Source: a virus (Duplodnaviria; Caudoviricetes). From it: DNA of 64,000 nucleotides. Positions 49,369 to 59,999 of this stretch are shown piece by piece; position 1 is the first letter of the stretch, and each line of letters begins with the position of its first letter. The stretch lies in IMG/VR virus record IMGVR_UViG_2851924183_000002, positions 1 through 64,000 of that record, one strand, 5' to 3'. Position numbers and translations under genes: made by a program. The notes beneath the pieces are model-generated. The model worked only from the letters and a program-made list of their open reading frames with translations, was not told the origin of the DNA and did not search any database.

Positions 49369-49658
49369 TAGATGATGTGACCTGCAATTTGACCAAGATC
49401 AACTGGGTCTAAAAGGGGCATTGCTTCACGTGGGATTTGTGGCCATACACATTTGGGAATGATTTGGCAGAGTGCATTTACATCGGAACGGTAAATGTCC
49501 TGGAGGGAGAGTCCAGAAAGTGCGACCGTACCTGGCTTACGAATCATAATTTCCGAAATGGTTTGTCCACCAACTTGAATTGGTGTTTCAAGGGTGTATT
49601 GGGCTTCGTTTGGGTTTTTGATTACTTCGAGGTTTTCTGCTTGTTGTTGCATATTCAT
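49320..49658 (-). CDS. Tail assembly chaperone gpE
   Basis: LETPI, IRKP...LSGLSL, LDPVDL. Confidence 0.9.
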   Translation of the reverse strand: MNMQQQAENLEVIKNPNEAQYTLETPIQVGGQTISEIMIRKPGTVALSGLSLQDIYRSDVNALCQIIPKCVWPQIPREAMPLLDPVDLGQIAGHIIYFLMPKSQRAATDIQL

Positions 49659-49685
49659 CGCGTTTGAATTCCTAAGTTTAAAAAA

Positions 49686-49715
49686 GACCTACTGCATAAA
49701 ATTGTGCAGTAGGTC
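49686..49715. terminator. Hairpin between FII and E
   Basis: GACCTACTGCA-N8-TGCAGTAGGTC. Confidence 0.55.
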
Positions 49716-49720
49716 GGGCA

Positions 49721-50236
49721 TTACAGACCGCAGGCTTTACGCTGTGCTTCTAAACGATCGACACCGTTGACGATTTCTTTCATGGCCAAAGTATCGATTT
49801 CAATTTCTTTATTGCCGTTGACCGTAAGCTTGTAATAGGTCCATTTGGTTTTAATGGTTTGTTCAGTGTCATCACCAGGCTTTTGGGTACCCATACTGAT
49901 TTCTTCATGACGACCACGAATCACAACTTCGACAGGAGTGACTGCACCTGTGTCGTCTTGTTGATATGCACCAGCGAAGCGTAGTAAGACGCCAGAGGCA
50001 GAGGTAATGCCGAACTGACGTAGTGATGTCAGATTGAGACCTCCGATTTTCCATTCAAAATCGATAGAGTCTTCAGACATACCTTGGTCGATGGCAACAG
50101 GGCCATTCATACCACCACCTCGCCAGTTCTCGAAGTTACGTCCTAAGGTTGGAAGCGTACATTCCGCAACTTCACCGACCAATGATTCAGCATCATTGAA
50201 TAGGTTCATGTTTTTAAGTTTGTTTGGTAATCCCAT
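49721..50236 (-). CDS. Major tail tube protein FII
   Basis: MGLPNKLKNMNLF...RGGGM. Confidence 0.95.
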   Translation of the reverse strand: MGLPNKLKNMNLFNDAESLVGEVAECTLPTLGRNFENWRGGGMNGPVAIDQGMSEDSIDFEWKIGGLNLTSLRQFGITSASGVLLRFAGAYQQDDTGAVTPVEVVIRGRHEEISMGTQKPGDDTEQTIKTKWTYYKLTVNGNKEIEIDTLAMKEIVNGVDRLEAQRKACGL

Positions 50237-50274
50237 GTGTGTTTACTCAAATAGGGGGAGGACAAATCACAGCT

Positions 50275-51450
50275 TTATGCTGTGATTCGTGCGCCAAAAT
50301 CTGCGAGGTAGTCGTCTGTGATCATTTGGTAGAAGCCAAGATCTTCAAGTGGTGGAACTGGACCGTAGTCATAAGAGAGGCGGAATTTTCCTGCTTTTAA
50401 ATTTTCTACAGGGTTCTTTGTCTCGTCATACCAAGCTTCACCACCCATGAGGTAGCCGTTATTGGTTAGGTCACTGAGTTTGGCGCGAATGCCCTCAATG
50501 AGGTCGCTGGCCAGTGATGGATGAAGTGGTTTATCGACTGCCCACATATGCGCTTCAGCAACCGTGTCAGCAATGATTTGAGCCGTGCGTGTGTAGTTCT
50601 CGAAAGGAAATAGTCCTTCCGCGTCGCAGGTACGAGAGCCCCAAAAGCGAAAGCCATCTTCACGAATGAGCGTAGTAATGCCATTTGAGTTGAGATAGTC
50701 GGCATCTGTGCCAGTTTGCTGTAGATCCCACCAGACATCTTTACTAATACCAACAACACCACTGACCGCGACATTGGAAATAACTTTGTGCCAACCTGTT
50801 AAATTGTCAATTTTGGCACGTAGCCCCAGTGCATAAGCTACAGGGGAGATAGCTTCATTTTGCGAAGTCTCGGTATTGAAATGAATGAACTGAGGCCAGA
50901 TCAGCATGAGTTCTCGTGCAGCAAACGATTCACGATAAGCCACAACTTCTTCTTTGGTTCCGCAGCCATAAGCATAGGCATAAGCGAAAGCACGTAGCTT
51001 TTGTGCAGTGCTCGCCAGTGCTGTCGTTACTGCTTGGGTATCAAGTCCTGGTGCACCAATTAAACGAGGAGTCACACCCAGTTTTGCTTTTGCCGTGAGT
51101 AGGGCTTTTAAGCCTGTGTATTGACCTGAAGCTGTTGTAGTTCCAATGACAAGTGAACTTTGTTCTGCTTCTGTCTCAGCGCTATCCACACGGACAACTA
51201 CAACCGTTGTATTGGTTTGGTCGACGATCGCTTGTAGCGACGACTTTAAGGTACCTAACTTTCCTGCTTTACCAATCACGCTTTGGATATTGGTGATGAG
51301 GATAGGTGTATTGAGTGGAAAGGAGGTAGCATCCGCATCTGAAGCGGTTGCAATCAAACCGATAATACTGGTGGCCACTGTACGGATCGAACGCGTACCG
51401 TTATTGACCTCTGCAACACGGACACCGTGGTGATATTCATCTAATGCCAT
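50275..51450 (-). CDS. Tail sheath protein FI
   Basis: YHHGVRV, GFRFWGSRTC, PVPPLEDL. Confidence 0.95.
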   Translation of the reverse strand: MALDEYHHGVRVAEVNNGTRSIRTVATSIIGLIATASDADATSFPLNTPILITNIQSVIGKAGKLGTLKSSLQAIVDQTNTTVVVVRVDSAETEAEQSSLVIGTTTASGQYTGLKALLTAKAKLGVTPRLIGAPGLDTQAVTTALASTAQKLRAFAYAYAYGCGTKEEVVAYRESFAARELMLIWPQFIHFNTETSQNEAISPVAYALGLRAKIDNLTGWHKVISNVAVSGVVGISKDVWWDLQQTGTDADYLNSNGITTLIREDGFRFWGSRTCDAEGLFPFENYTRTAQIIADTVAEAHMWAVDKPLHPSLASDLIEGIRAKLSDLTNNGYLMGGEAWYDETKNPVENLKAGKFRLSYDYGPVPPLEDLGFYQMITDDYLADFGARITA

Positions 51451-51524
51451 AGGGCAACCTTTTGTTGATGTTCTAGTTCATCAAAAGGCTTACATACAAA
51501 ACCCCACGTTTTAAGCGCGAGGTT

Positions 51525-51545
51525 TTGTAAGAGGGTATGCTACAA
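51525..51545 (-). promoter_or_regulatory. Ogr-type late promoter box TTGTAA-N9-CTACAA
   Basis: Three near-identical copies upstream of FI, V and O. Confidence 0.75.
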
Positions 51546-51827
51546 ATTGGAGTTTATTAAAGACAGAACATCAGGATTGTTTTTCAAAAATTCAGCCAGT
51601 TTTTCTTCTGGTGTTTCCACTTGCTGAACTTCAGGCTTTTGGATCAGTTCCCATTTGAAACCATTCCAACGTGGCCATTGTTCTTCAGACCATTCAGAAG
51701 GTGGTGCTATCTCGACACAACCTGCAGGGATAGCAAATACACCAGGTTCAAGTGGTGACTCATTGGCTATTGTCTCTCCAACAAATAAACCTGAATAATT
51801 GGTTTGATACACGGTAATCTGATTCAT
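51540..51827 (-). CDS. Tail fibre assembly protein
   Basis: VYQT...ESPLEPGVFAIPAGCVE. Confidence 0.8.
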   Translation of the reverse strand: MNQITVYQTNYSGLFVGETIANESPLEPGVFAIPAGCVEIAPPSEWSEEQWPRWNGFKWELIQKPEVQQVETPEEKLAEFLKNNPDVLSLINSNL

Positions 51828-51837
51828 GTTTCATTCC

Positions 51838-53214
51838 TTAATAGCGGATACAGGCAAGCCATGCGATGTTACGTGGTCTGTTTTCATTTGCAGTGGGTAC
51901 AACACGCGATGCATCAAATGTTGCTGTGAGTAAGCCCCAATTTTCACCTGTTGAAATTCTTCCAGCCGCTTTTTCACTTAGAGAAAAAGCGCCAGTATAT
52001 GAAGATGCGGGCACTCTTGCACCTGACCCACCAGGTGTGTCACCTGTAATGTTTCGAATTGCATCACCTTGTTTGCTGCCGATTAAACGACCAACATCAA
52101 TACCACGTCCATCATCTGCATAACGTGGAAACTCTGCACGTGCATCAGGCACGTTAAAAGTATTTACGCCATCGCCAGCACCATAATAAATACCGATTGC
52201 AGCAAATAGATCTGCATAAGCAGTCCGAGAATAAGCTGCACCATTACATTTTAATAATCGGTAACCAGTCGGGATATTTTGTGAAGCCAAAGTGATAACA
52301 GTACCAGGTGGACAGTCATTGTATCTCGCCTCATCCGAACTCATGACACCTAAGTTCTGGCGTGCTAAAGGTTTATTTAAGATGTCGGAAAGGTTATTTT
52401 TTTGAGCCAAAGGATAAGGTGCAGCTCCTAAAGGTTCATTTTGAACAATCAGGATTTTGGCCCCAGCATAAGCCTTACCCAAAGTAATTTGCGTATTTGA
52501 GGTTGCAAGCCAACCATTGGCACCAACTTTGTTGGTAATACGTTCGCCATTAATGTACACCGCTGCACCACGGGTAGTCGTGCTAGTGAGATCTACAATA
52601 GTTTGGTTAGCAACTAGCGATTGCTCTTCTTCAACTGTATTAACAAAGACGTCCGCATTAGAAGCATCATCCCACTCTATGTCTCCTTCAATGTTCGATT
52701 TTTTCTTCAGAACTTGACCAATCGTTCCACCCGGGAAAAAATATGCTGTTGTCAAAGTATTCATGATCCAACTGTGTGTCGCAGTAACCACGTTGGGATC
52801 AATTTTTAACTCAATACTGTCACTGTTACTCACAACAAATGGAATGCGATATGCAGAGTCACTGAATGCACCATCACTTAAAGATGGTTTATGTACTTCA
52901 GGTGTATTACCAATCATGAGCATATTGCCATTTCTGTCAAATACAGCAATTTCACGAACGACAAAACTCGTTGTTTCAACGGGAATAATTAACTCTGCAG
53001 TGAATAAATTTTCATTTTCTGGATCTTGGTATATTCGGTTGACTGGTGCACGAAACCGTTCACGTTTTAATTGTTTCATCGTCGGATTGGGTATGATTTC
53101 ATTACCGTTTCCATCACCAACAGCCATATGGGTGATTTCAATTTTTGAACCCGTAGCCTCGGCACTTGCTAATAGCTGCAGACCTATTGTTGTATGAATA
53201 GTTTTATATAACAT
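51838..53214 (-). CDS. Tail fibre protein gpH with collar domain
   Basis: MAVGDGNG N-terminus; CNGAAYSRTAYADLF collar; ENRPRNIA. Confidence 0.92.
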   Translation of the reverse strand: MLYKTIHTTIGLQLLASAEATGSKIEITHMAVGDGNGNEIIPNPTMKQLKRERFRAPVNRIYQDPENENLFTAELIIPVETTSFVVREIAVFDRNGNMLMIGNTPEVHKPSLSDGAFSDSAYRIPFVVSNSDSIELKIDPNVVTATHSWIMNTLTTAYFFPGGTIGQVLKKKSNIEGDIEWDDASNADVFVNTVEEEQSLVANQTIVDLTSTTTRGAAVYINGERITNKVGANGWLATSNTQITLGKAYAGAKILIVQNEPLGAAPYPLAQKNNLSDILNKPLARQNLGVMSSDEARYNDCPPGTVITLASQNIPTGYRLLKCNGAAYSRTAYADLFAAIGIYYGAGDGVNTFNVPDARAEFPRYADDGRGIDVGRLIGSKQGDAIRNITGDTPGGSGARVPASSYTGAFSLSEKAAGRISTGENWGLLTATFDASRVVPTANENRPRNIAWLACIRY

Positions 53215-53254
53215 TCTAAAAATTCTCCAATCTTATAATTCCACAATGTTCAGG

Positions 53255-55333
53255 TCATGCAGGATAATTTGGTGTTTCGGGTTTCGGAGGGCGAGTTGGA
53301 TTGACTGGTAATCCAGGAATAGGAGTACCTGTAATTTCACTTTGTCTTGTTTGACTCATATAAGCTTTATCTGCAAGCCAAAACCGTTTAAGCGTGTCTT
53401 CTGGCAGTACAACTAAGCCATCTCGCATGATTTGGTTATATGCCCAGATATATTGCTTTGCGACGTTGTACTCTTTACCAAGATAGGCACTACCCATAAT
53501 GGCTTGCCAAACCTTAGGGCCATCATTGATTAAGTCATATTCAGGGTTTACTAGCTTTCCTAAGAAATTATCAGGAACAAATCCTGCTAAGTAATGTACT
53601 AAGTCCGCTGGATATCCCAATTCATCAATTGCTGAGGTAAATCCCCGAAGCGCTTTATTAAACTCTCCGACGATCAACCAATCGTATGTTTCAGTTTGAA
53701 TGAAATCCAAATTCGGATAACGATAATGTTCAATTGGATAATTCATGATTGAAGCAATGCCACTACCTTCACCTAAGATGCTTGGTAAAAAGAAAAGTGT
53801 GGAGACCTGAGCCTTAGGATAATAATCCCTGACTACTGCGCGTATGCGACGCACGGAGTTGCCCAGCTCCTCTTGCAAGAAAAGCAAATATTCTTGTTCT
53901 GTCGCCCCTGAAACATCACTCATCCGATCGGCAATTTCTGGTGCATACAAACCTGTTTCGTTATTAAATTTAACCTTTGTTGGATAGTCATAAATACACG
54001 GTTTATCATTGGGATTAATCCACCACCACGGCTCACCTACTTGCATGTAAGGAGTATGACCTTCATTATTTAAAATGCCTGCAAACTCGATAAAGACTTG
54101 TTGTAGCCAATTCATTGCTTCAGGAATACAGGGACTCAGCAAATAACTAGGGGGTTCATAACCTGTATATGCATAATTGTTATCCCAATCCCGCTGCGTC
54201 CAACTAAGCTCTGCTGCTTCACTATAAATCTCGTATGAAATAGAAAAAATCATTTTCATGAAATGTTTATGTGCTGCACGGGCAAAATGGGTATGCCAAA
54301 TTGTTGCTTCTCGGTTCAAGTAAGAGTCGAATTGGTCGTCACCCGGACCGCGTCTGACGATAAACCGCTGTTGTTCTATATCCCAACGGGAATCATAAAA
54401 ATGAGACATTCCACAATAGTGATTAATAAAACCTCGATAACCTAAGTCATAGCAGTTTTTTATCAAGCGAGCTGGGTTCACATTGTAGCTATCGTCATAG
54501 CCAGTACACATGCCTAAAGTATGTTGTGGAATACTTAAAGATTTACGCTTATACGTGCTATTGCTTCCAGTACATCGAATCTTGCTAACATGCAATTCAC
54601 CTTGTTGTGGTCGCTCCAAAGGATCACTTAACTCAGCATTAAATCCATGGGTTAAACATCCAATAAAGATACGGTGAATGTCTTCTTTCGGAAATGGAAT
54701 GTTCTGCTCATAACCACTGACTACAGTGTTCCAATCAATCGTGATATCGGCATGGGTTGCTGTTAAAGTTACTGGATCAGCAAGATTTGCTAATCGTAAA
54801 TAGTAAGGTGATTGGCCTGTTTCGCTATCGTCATTAACAATAATCGTCATGACTAACCCGAGATGTTCATTATCAATTGCAGGCACATCACCTGAAGTAT
54901 CGATAGAAAAAGATAAAGTACAGTTTCTAAAATCACCTTTTGTTTCATAGGCCAAATATGGGTGCATCGCTTGATCTTCACTAAAGAAAATAGCTGCAGC
55001 GAAATCGTTTTGACGTCGTGAAGTAAAATAGACATCAAAAGCATCTTCAGCCTCACCCACAAGGCAGAAGGACATACTTCGTGGCCCATCAATTGTCCAG
55101 CAGTCGGCGGAAAAACGAGGGATGGTACTTTCAATGATATGAAAAGCTTCTTGAGTGGAATCTTGGCCTAAATAGTTGCTTATCTCTGTTATTTGATCTT
55201 TCAAAAAAAGAGTTCGATTTCCTAGTGCTTTTGCTTGTTCATTCATGTTGCCATTAATGCCGCCCAAAGCTAATTCATTTTTTTCAAGTAAACGAATTGG
55301 GGACCACTCTGATTTACTGATTATTTCACTCAC
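53255..55333 (-). CDS. Extra tail protein: fibre anchor plus TIM-barrel (non-contractile tail sheath/GH-like)
   Basis: MNEQAKALGNRTL anchor; TGYDDSYN, NHYCGMSH, QVGEPWWW, QTETYDW, HYLAGFV. Confidence 0.7.
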   Translation of the reverse strand: MSEIISKSEWSPIRLLEKNELALGGINGNMNEQAKALGNRTLFLKDQITEISNYLGQDSTQEAFHIIESTIPRFSADCWTIDGPRSMSFCLVGEAEDAFDVYFTSRRQNDFAAAIFFSEDQAMHPYLAYETKGDFRNCTLSFSIDTSGDVPAIDNEHLGLVMTIIVNDDSETGQSPYYLRLANLADPVTLTATHADITIDWNTVVSGYEQNIPFPKEDIHRIFIGCLTHGFNAELSDPLERPQQGELHVSKIRCTGSNSTYKRKSLSIPQHTLGMCTGYDDSYNVNPARLIKNCYDLGYRGFINHYCGMSHFYDSRWDIEQQRFIVRRGPGDDQFDSYLNREATIWHTHFARAAHKHFMKMIFSISYEIYSEAAELSWTQRDWDNNYAYTGYEPPSYLLSPCIPEAMNWLQQVFIEFAGILNNEGHTPYMQVGEPWWWINPNDKPCIYDYPTKVKFNNETGLYAPEIADRMSDVSGATEQEYLLFLQEELGNSVRRIRAVVRDYYPKAQVSTLFFLPSILGEGSGIASIMNYPIEHYRYPNLDFIQTETYDWLIVGEFNKALRGFTSAIDELGYPADLVHYLAGFVPDNFLGKLVNPEYDLINDGPKVWQAIMGSAYLGKEYNVAKQYIWAYNQIMRDGLVVLPEDTLKRFWLADKAYMSQTRQSEITGTPIPGLPVNPTRPPKPETPNYPA

Positions 55334-55931
55334 TTAAATTGACTCCATTTAATCTATAACTGCCGTCGAGTAACCAAGTACCATCTAAATACAATCCACC
55401 TGCGGCCTGAGCGAACTCAATTTCTTGGCCAGTAATAACGGCCGCTGCTGTGTAAATACTCGAAGTACTTTCAAGAACGAGTGATATTCCAGTAAGGTGA
55501 GAACGTAAATTTTTATAAGTACGGACAACTTTCGTTAACTCTTTAAAATCAAACTTACTGATATTATTTTGACTAGTCTTAATAAAAATATTGAATGTAT
55601 AAGGCTTACCTTGTGGCACCATGTTGAACCATTCTTGTACGACAATTGGAAACCCCAATGAATTAAGCGCGCCATCTAACGATCCAATCGTACCTTTAAT
55701 ACTATGGTTCTTCAGGGAGGTTTGTATGACTTGCCGCTTTTGAATTTCGGTCCAATCTTTATTCCATACATCAACTGAACGTTCCCATGCTAACCATGGC
55801 AAAACTTCAACTGGTGCATTCAGTGGATCATTAAAGCTGCGTATATTTACTTCAATATTTGAAACACGTGAAAATGCACTTTCAAAATTCATTTCAAATT
55901 TAGTGGAGTTTGGGGGCAGTAATTTACTCAT
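55326..55931 (-). CDS. Tail protein gpI
   Basis: LLPPNS, LPWLAWERSVD, KNLRSHL. Confidence 0.93.
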   Translation of the reverse strand: MSKLLPPNSTKFEMNFESAFSRVSNIEVNIRSFNDPLNAPVEVLPWLAWERSVDVWNKDWTEIQKRQVIQTSLKNHSIKGTIGSLDGALNSLGFPIVVQEWFNMVPQGKPYTFNIFIKTSQNNISKFDFKELTKVVRTYKNLRSHLTGISLVLESTSSIYTAAAVITGQEIEFAQAAGGLYLDGTWLLDGSYRLNGVNLSE

Positions 55932-56839
55932 GTGTCCACCTTTGAAATATTAATGCTGGTGCAATACGCAACTTGGCCGATTGAAGTATCGATATTGCTT
56001 GCAGGTGAAATCAAATTGACACGGCTGACACCTGCTTGGTGGAGTGCTTGGTAAATCCCAGACAATGAAACGCCATCATTAAATGAATGGACTTTTTGGA
56101 TATATTCTTCTGTGGCTTTATAGCAACTGTTCAAAACGATAGTTTCATCTGGACCTTCATCAATATAAATTTCTGCTTCAATGATGTAATTGATAATAGA
56201 TGCCGAATAAATAATAGGACGATCTGTCAAAGGGCGAACTGATTTAGCATTCAAAGCTGTATTCACAACATTTAAAAGGTCTTCTGATGCAGTACCATTG
56301 CCTTCAGTAGAAAGCACATAGATATTACAAATACCCATTGGGTTTTGGTTTTCATCTAATGGCGCATAAGGATAAATGTCTTTAACCCGTACATCGGCGT
56401 TGAGGCCATGGAAAATGTATGAACCTTCACTACCAGCAGTAGTTTGGCCTTCAGGTGCAAGTTGCACACGCTTACGGAGTGATGCATCAGTTTCGTATAT
56501 AGCTTTTGTTGTTGAGGTTTCAGCAGTAATTAATTGGCGTTTTAGATTTTTTTCAGCAGCTTTATGTTCAAGGTCTATTCCTGAAGAATATGCAAGTAAT
56601 ACGGCTTTAGCCGAATCATTGACATGCTGACGTACAATCATTTCTCGAAATGCAAAGACTTCTGCTAGTTTGTAAGCAGGATCAGATTCACGAAGTCGTG
56701 TATAAGAAATACCAAGGGCATCCATACGACGATAATATTCTTGTAGTCCAGCATCTAAAATTGTTTCGTAGTTTATTTGCTCTACAACTGTTGGTTCAGG
56801 TAGTTGAGATAGATCAATTGCATTAGTCGATTGAGTCAT
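55928..56839 (-). CDS. Baseplate gpJ
   Basis: IDLSQLPEP, AGSEGSY, VRPLTD. Confidence 0.95.
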   Translation of the reverse strand: MTQSTNAIDLSQLPEPTVVEQINYETILDAGLQEYYRRMDALGISYTRLRESDPAYKLAEVFAFREMIVRQHVNDSAKAVLLAYSSGIDLEHKAAEKNLKRQLITAETSTTKAIYETDASLRKRVQLAPEGQTTAGSEGSYIFHGLNADVRVKDIYPYAPLDENQNPMGICNIYVLSTEGNGTASEDLLNVVNTALNAKSVRPLTDRPIIYSASIINYIIEAEIYIDEGPDETIVLNSCYKATEEYIQKVHSFNDGVSLSGIYQALHQAGVSRVNLISPASNIDTSIGQVAYCTSINISKVDT

Positions 56840-57180
56840 GTTGAAGCGCCCATTGTTAATGGAATTGATAATTTATTGATGTCTGAAGAACCAACAATTT
56901 GCATTTCTAGATCCAATTGGAAACGGCTATTTTCTGCCTTAGAAAAATGAGCATTGATCAGTTTGATTCGGTCTTCCCAAGTCAAAATGGCTGTAGCACT
57001 TGCGGCCATCACTTGAAGGCGGACAGCATCATTAAAGGGTTGATCGAGCAATTTAAAAATCATAGAACCGTATTCACGACGCATCACTCGGCTGCCAATG
57101 GGCGTAAATAAAATGTCTTGAATGGATTGTTTAATGTGAGGAATGACCTCGAGGCTTTGACCAGTTTCACGTGACATCAT
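56836..57180 (-). CDS. Baseplate wedge gpW
   Basis: HIKQSIQDILFTPIGSRVMRREYGS. Confidence 0.95.
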   Translation of the reverse strand: MMSRETGQSLEVIPHIKQSIQDILFTPIGSRVMRREYGSMIFKLLDQPFNDAVRLQVMAASATAILTWEDRIKLINAHFSKAENSRFQLDLEMQIVGSSDINKLSIPLTMGAST

Positions 57181-57806
57181 GCTTTTGACACTCCTGTATC
57201 TGATCCACCAGATTGAACCCCACTATGCTTGTGGTTTTTAAGACTAATGCTTCCGGCATTCACATCAGATTCTGTACTGAAGTTGCCAGTAGAGTGACTG
57301 CTACCTTGGATCAATTGGCTGCCACCTACTGTATTATTTCCAGTCATGGCAGTACTGCCATTGACCTGTAAATTACCGTTAATGGAGGTATCGCCATTGA
57401 TCGTGATACCTCCAGATGCAGTAAGAATGGCCGTTCCTCCATTGGGGAGGATGGCTTGTAATGAATGATTAGCAGTGTCATAGCTGATCATGGCCCCATC
57501 CTCATAGACTCTTAATTTAATATTTGGGTTCAATGATGGAGTCGGAAAAGATTCATTGTTTAAACCAACCAAAACAATGCCGAGGGCAAGCTCACCAGTT
57601 GGGCTGAAGACGACACATTCCTCATTGATGCTAGGTAAGTCATGACTTAGGTCTGCACCTGCGCGTAAATTAAATAGACGTAATTCATCGGTCACGATAT
57701 CGCCGAGGTCGACTGTGACGGTATGAAAAGGTTTAGCAGGGGTAACGCTTTTAATTCGTCCTAAACGGATCAAATTTTCTAAGCGGCGATGGATTTCAGC
57801 ACTCAT
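57177..57806 (-). CDS. Baseplate spike gpV
   Basis: RRLENLIRLG; SLKNHKHSGV. Confidence 0.95.
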   Translation of the reverse strand: MSAEIHRRLENLIRLGRIKSVTPAKPFHTVTVDLGDIVTDELRLFNLRAGADLSHDLPSINEECVVFSPTGELALGIVLVGLNNESFPTPSLNPNIKLRVYEDGAMISYDTANHSLQAILPNGGTAILTASGGITINGDTSINGNLQVNGSTAMTGNNTVGGSQLIQGSSHSTGNFSTESDVNAGSISLKNHKHSGVQSGGSDTGVSKA

Positions 57807-57851
57807 GTGCCTACTTTGCGTTAAGGGTTCAAAGCTTGCATTAATGGCAAT

Positions 57852-57872
57852 TTGTAAGAGGGGATATTACAA
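57852..57872 (-). promoter_or_regulatory. Ogr-type late promoter box
   Basis: TTGTAAGAGGGGATATTACAA upstream of V. Confidence 0.75.
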
Positions 57873-57900
57873 ATAGAGAGACTTCATTTTGCTCTAAGAT

Positions 57901-58341
57901 TTAGGGCTTTAAATGCCTCATGACTGAGTCTTCAATCATTTGAATATCAGTTGGAGCAAACCCCAACAATTCACGTTTGGGATAGGTAATGGATGGCCCA
58001 TTTTTACTGACACGGGCACGTAAACCATCTTGGTGGATACGAGCTACAAAAACGACATTACTCAGAAAACCAACGCTTACCATCTCGGCATTTGAAAAAT
58101 TTCTAAAATAACGCTGCGATCGGAGTTTGGTGAACATTTTACGACGAATTCTTTTGCCTTCGCGTAAACGTCTCGGAGCAAAGCTTGAGCCATCTGGGCC
58201 AACTTGTGCCGCAATACGTTGTTGTTGGCTTTTTCTTAAATCTGCTCCAACCTTTTTATTCAGCTTCGTCATTTCAGCATCGCTGAGTTTATTCAGCATC
58301 GGCGTTAGGTATTTGACCAAATCGTCTAAGTTATCACGCAT
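57901..58341 (-). CDS. Tail completion gpS
   Basis: RIAAQVGPDGSSFAPR, ARIHQDG, RELLG. Confidence 0.92.
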   Translation of the reverse strand: MRDNLDDLVKYLTPMLNKLSDAEMTKLNKKVGADLRKSQQQRIAAQVGPDGSSFAPRRLREGKRIRRKMFTKLRSQRYFRNFSNAEMVSVGFLSNVVFVARIHQDGLRARVSKNGPSITYPKRELLGFAPTDIQMIEDSVMRHLKP

Positions 58342-58351
58342 GGCTTGACCC

Positions 58352-58879
58352 TTATGGTTTCTTCGCTAAAGGCATTTCGAGTGCGACTATATTTAAAGTT
58401 TCAACACTGGTCCACGTTGCTAAGAGGTTGCCTTGATCATCTAGCAATTCGCATTCGGTTGCAGGTGAAGCGGGTTGGTACTGAGGTTCTTCGGGATAAG
58501 AAAAGTTGTAGCCACCATGCTCTTGCAGTTGAATAATCACACGTTCTGTCAGTTCTAATTCAAACATGACATCGACTTTATCGTTATCAATAAATTCAGC
58601 CTCGAACTTCACAGCATCTTTGTTTTTATCTAAATTGGCGAGTAACTCTGATTGGTGTACGCGAATCCATTGAAACAGTAAGAAGGCAATCAGGTCAGCA
58701 TCACCTGTAAAGTCTTGAATGACAAACTTCACAGGTGAAATACTTTCCATGCCGTAGCCATTTGCAAGCGTAGTACGATAACGACCGCTTTCAATATGCA
58801 TGCTGAGCTTATCTGGGTTGTCCTGGAGGAACTTCAGATGACTCACCAAATGTTCGCGCAGACTAATCGGCTTTTTCAT
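58352..58879 (-). CDS. Tail completion gpR
   Basis: MKKPISLR, NPDKL, LTERV. Confidence 0.92.
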   Translation of the reverse strand: MKKPISLREHLVSHLKFLQDNPDKLSMHIESGRYRTTLANGYGMESISPVKFVIQDFTGDADLIAFLLFQWIRVHQSELLANLDKNKDAVKFEAEFIDNDKVDVMFELELTERVIIQLQEHGGYNFSYPEEPQYQPASPATECELLDDQGNLLATWTSVETLNIVALEMPLAKKP

Positions 58880-59730
58880 GCAGTTTTTCTCTGGTAGTTT
58901 GGATCGAGGCGATTCATCACTCGAAGGAACTTGCTGTCATAGCCCAGCTTTTTATAGTTGCGACCGTTATATAAGCTAAAGACTGCATCCCAATTCTCTT
59001 GGCGTAATGCTTCTAGCAAAGTCCATTTTTTCCCAGCGACCGTTCCCGACTTAAATTCACAAAAGCGGAGAAAGGCTTCAAACTGTAGGCTTTCACTTTG
59101 ATAATGCTGCTCTACAAATTCCTGAACAGAGGAATAACCGAGGTCTTTCCAGTTTTCGCCCATCAATTGAAAGCGCCCCCATGAAGCCGACATCAGAGCA
59201 GAGTCTTCATCAATTTGCTTTGCTAAAGCTAACCGTGTGTATTCGGCAGCATTGCCGTGGTACCCACCTGTTTGGGTATTTATCACATTGGGATATTGGC
59301 TCATCATTTTGTCTGCAAAAGCTTTGCCACGTTTCTGGCTGAGGTAGAAATACATACGGTGACGTTCAAACAGAATCTTCGGTCGACCATCAGGCAAATA
59401 CCCTTCGCCTTGTGTTTCAACTTCGGCAATCGCACGAATCACAATTTCAGGGACATCAAGCCGTTTTGCACCAATCGTTAAGTCCGCATCTTTTAGATGT
59501 TTAGATAGGTCCAGACCTTTGAGGGCATTCAATGTGGTATTCCCGACAATGCCATCCACTTTAATGTCCATCTTCTTCTGGAATTGAATCACGGCATATT
59601 CAGTACTTTCACCAAAGTGGCCATCGATAGATAGAGGTTTATTATTTTTACCTTTCATGCCATTTTTAATCAGAAGTTGCTGTAGCTCAGAAACGGCTGA
59701 ACCCTTAGCTCCAAATTTAAGTAGCTTCAT
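58876..59730 (-). CDS. Endolysin: PG-binding domain plus N-acetylmuramidase (DUF3380-like)
   Basis: DGIVGNTT; ILFERH, SASWGRFQLMG, YNGRNY. Confidence 0.92.
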   Translation of the reverse strand: MKLLKFGAKGSAVSELQQLLIKNGMKGKNNKPLSIDGHFGESTEYAVIQFQKKMDIKVDGIVGNTTLNALKGLDLSKHLKDADLTIGAKRLDVPEIVIRAIAEVETQGEGYLPDGRPKILFERHRMYFYLSQKRGKAFADKMMSQYPNVINTQTGGYHGNAAEYTRLALAKQIDEDSALMSASWGRFQLMGENWKDLGYSSVQEFVEQHYQSESLQFEAFLRFCEFKSGTVAGKKWTLLEALRQENWDAVFSLYNGRNYKKLGYDSKFLRVMNRLDPNYQRKTA

Positions 59731-59999
59731 GATGGACTCCAAATTAGTTTGGCCACATTTCCTCTGCTGCGAAGCACGATGACAGCAAGAAGCAGTGCAA
59801 AGATGGCATCCCATAGGGTGACGGGATCTTTAAAGAAGAGAATGTGAACCGACTGCCCAAGAAAAGAGGCAATAAGCAATGTTGCCAGCCATGAGTAACC
59901 ACGATGGAAAGCGGTTTCTTTAGGGCTATAACAAGCAATGCGGATACCGCAAATCAGATAGGCCAAAACAGCGATAAATTGAAATAAGAATTCGATCAT
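59727..59999 (-). CDS. Phage holin-family protein
   Basis: Three TM segments; RGNVAKL end. Confidence 0.8.
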   Translation of the reverse strand: MIEFLFQFIAVLAYLICGIRIACYSPKETAFHRGYSWLATLLIASFLGQSVHILFFKDPVTLWDAIFALLLAVIVLRSRGNVAKLIWSPS

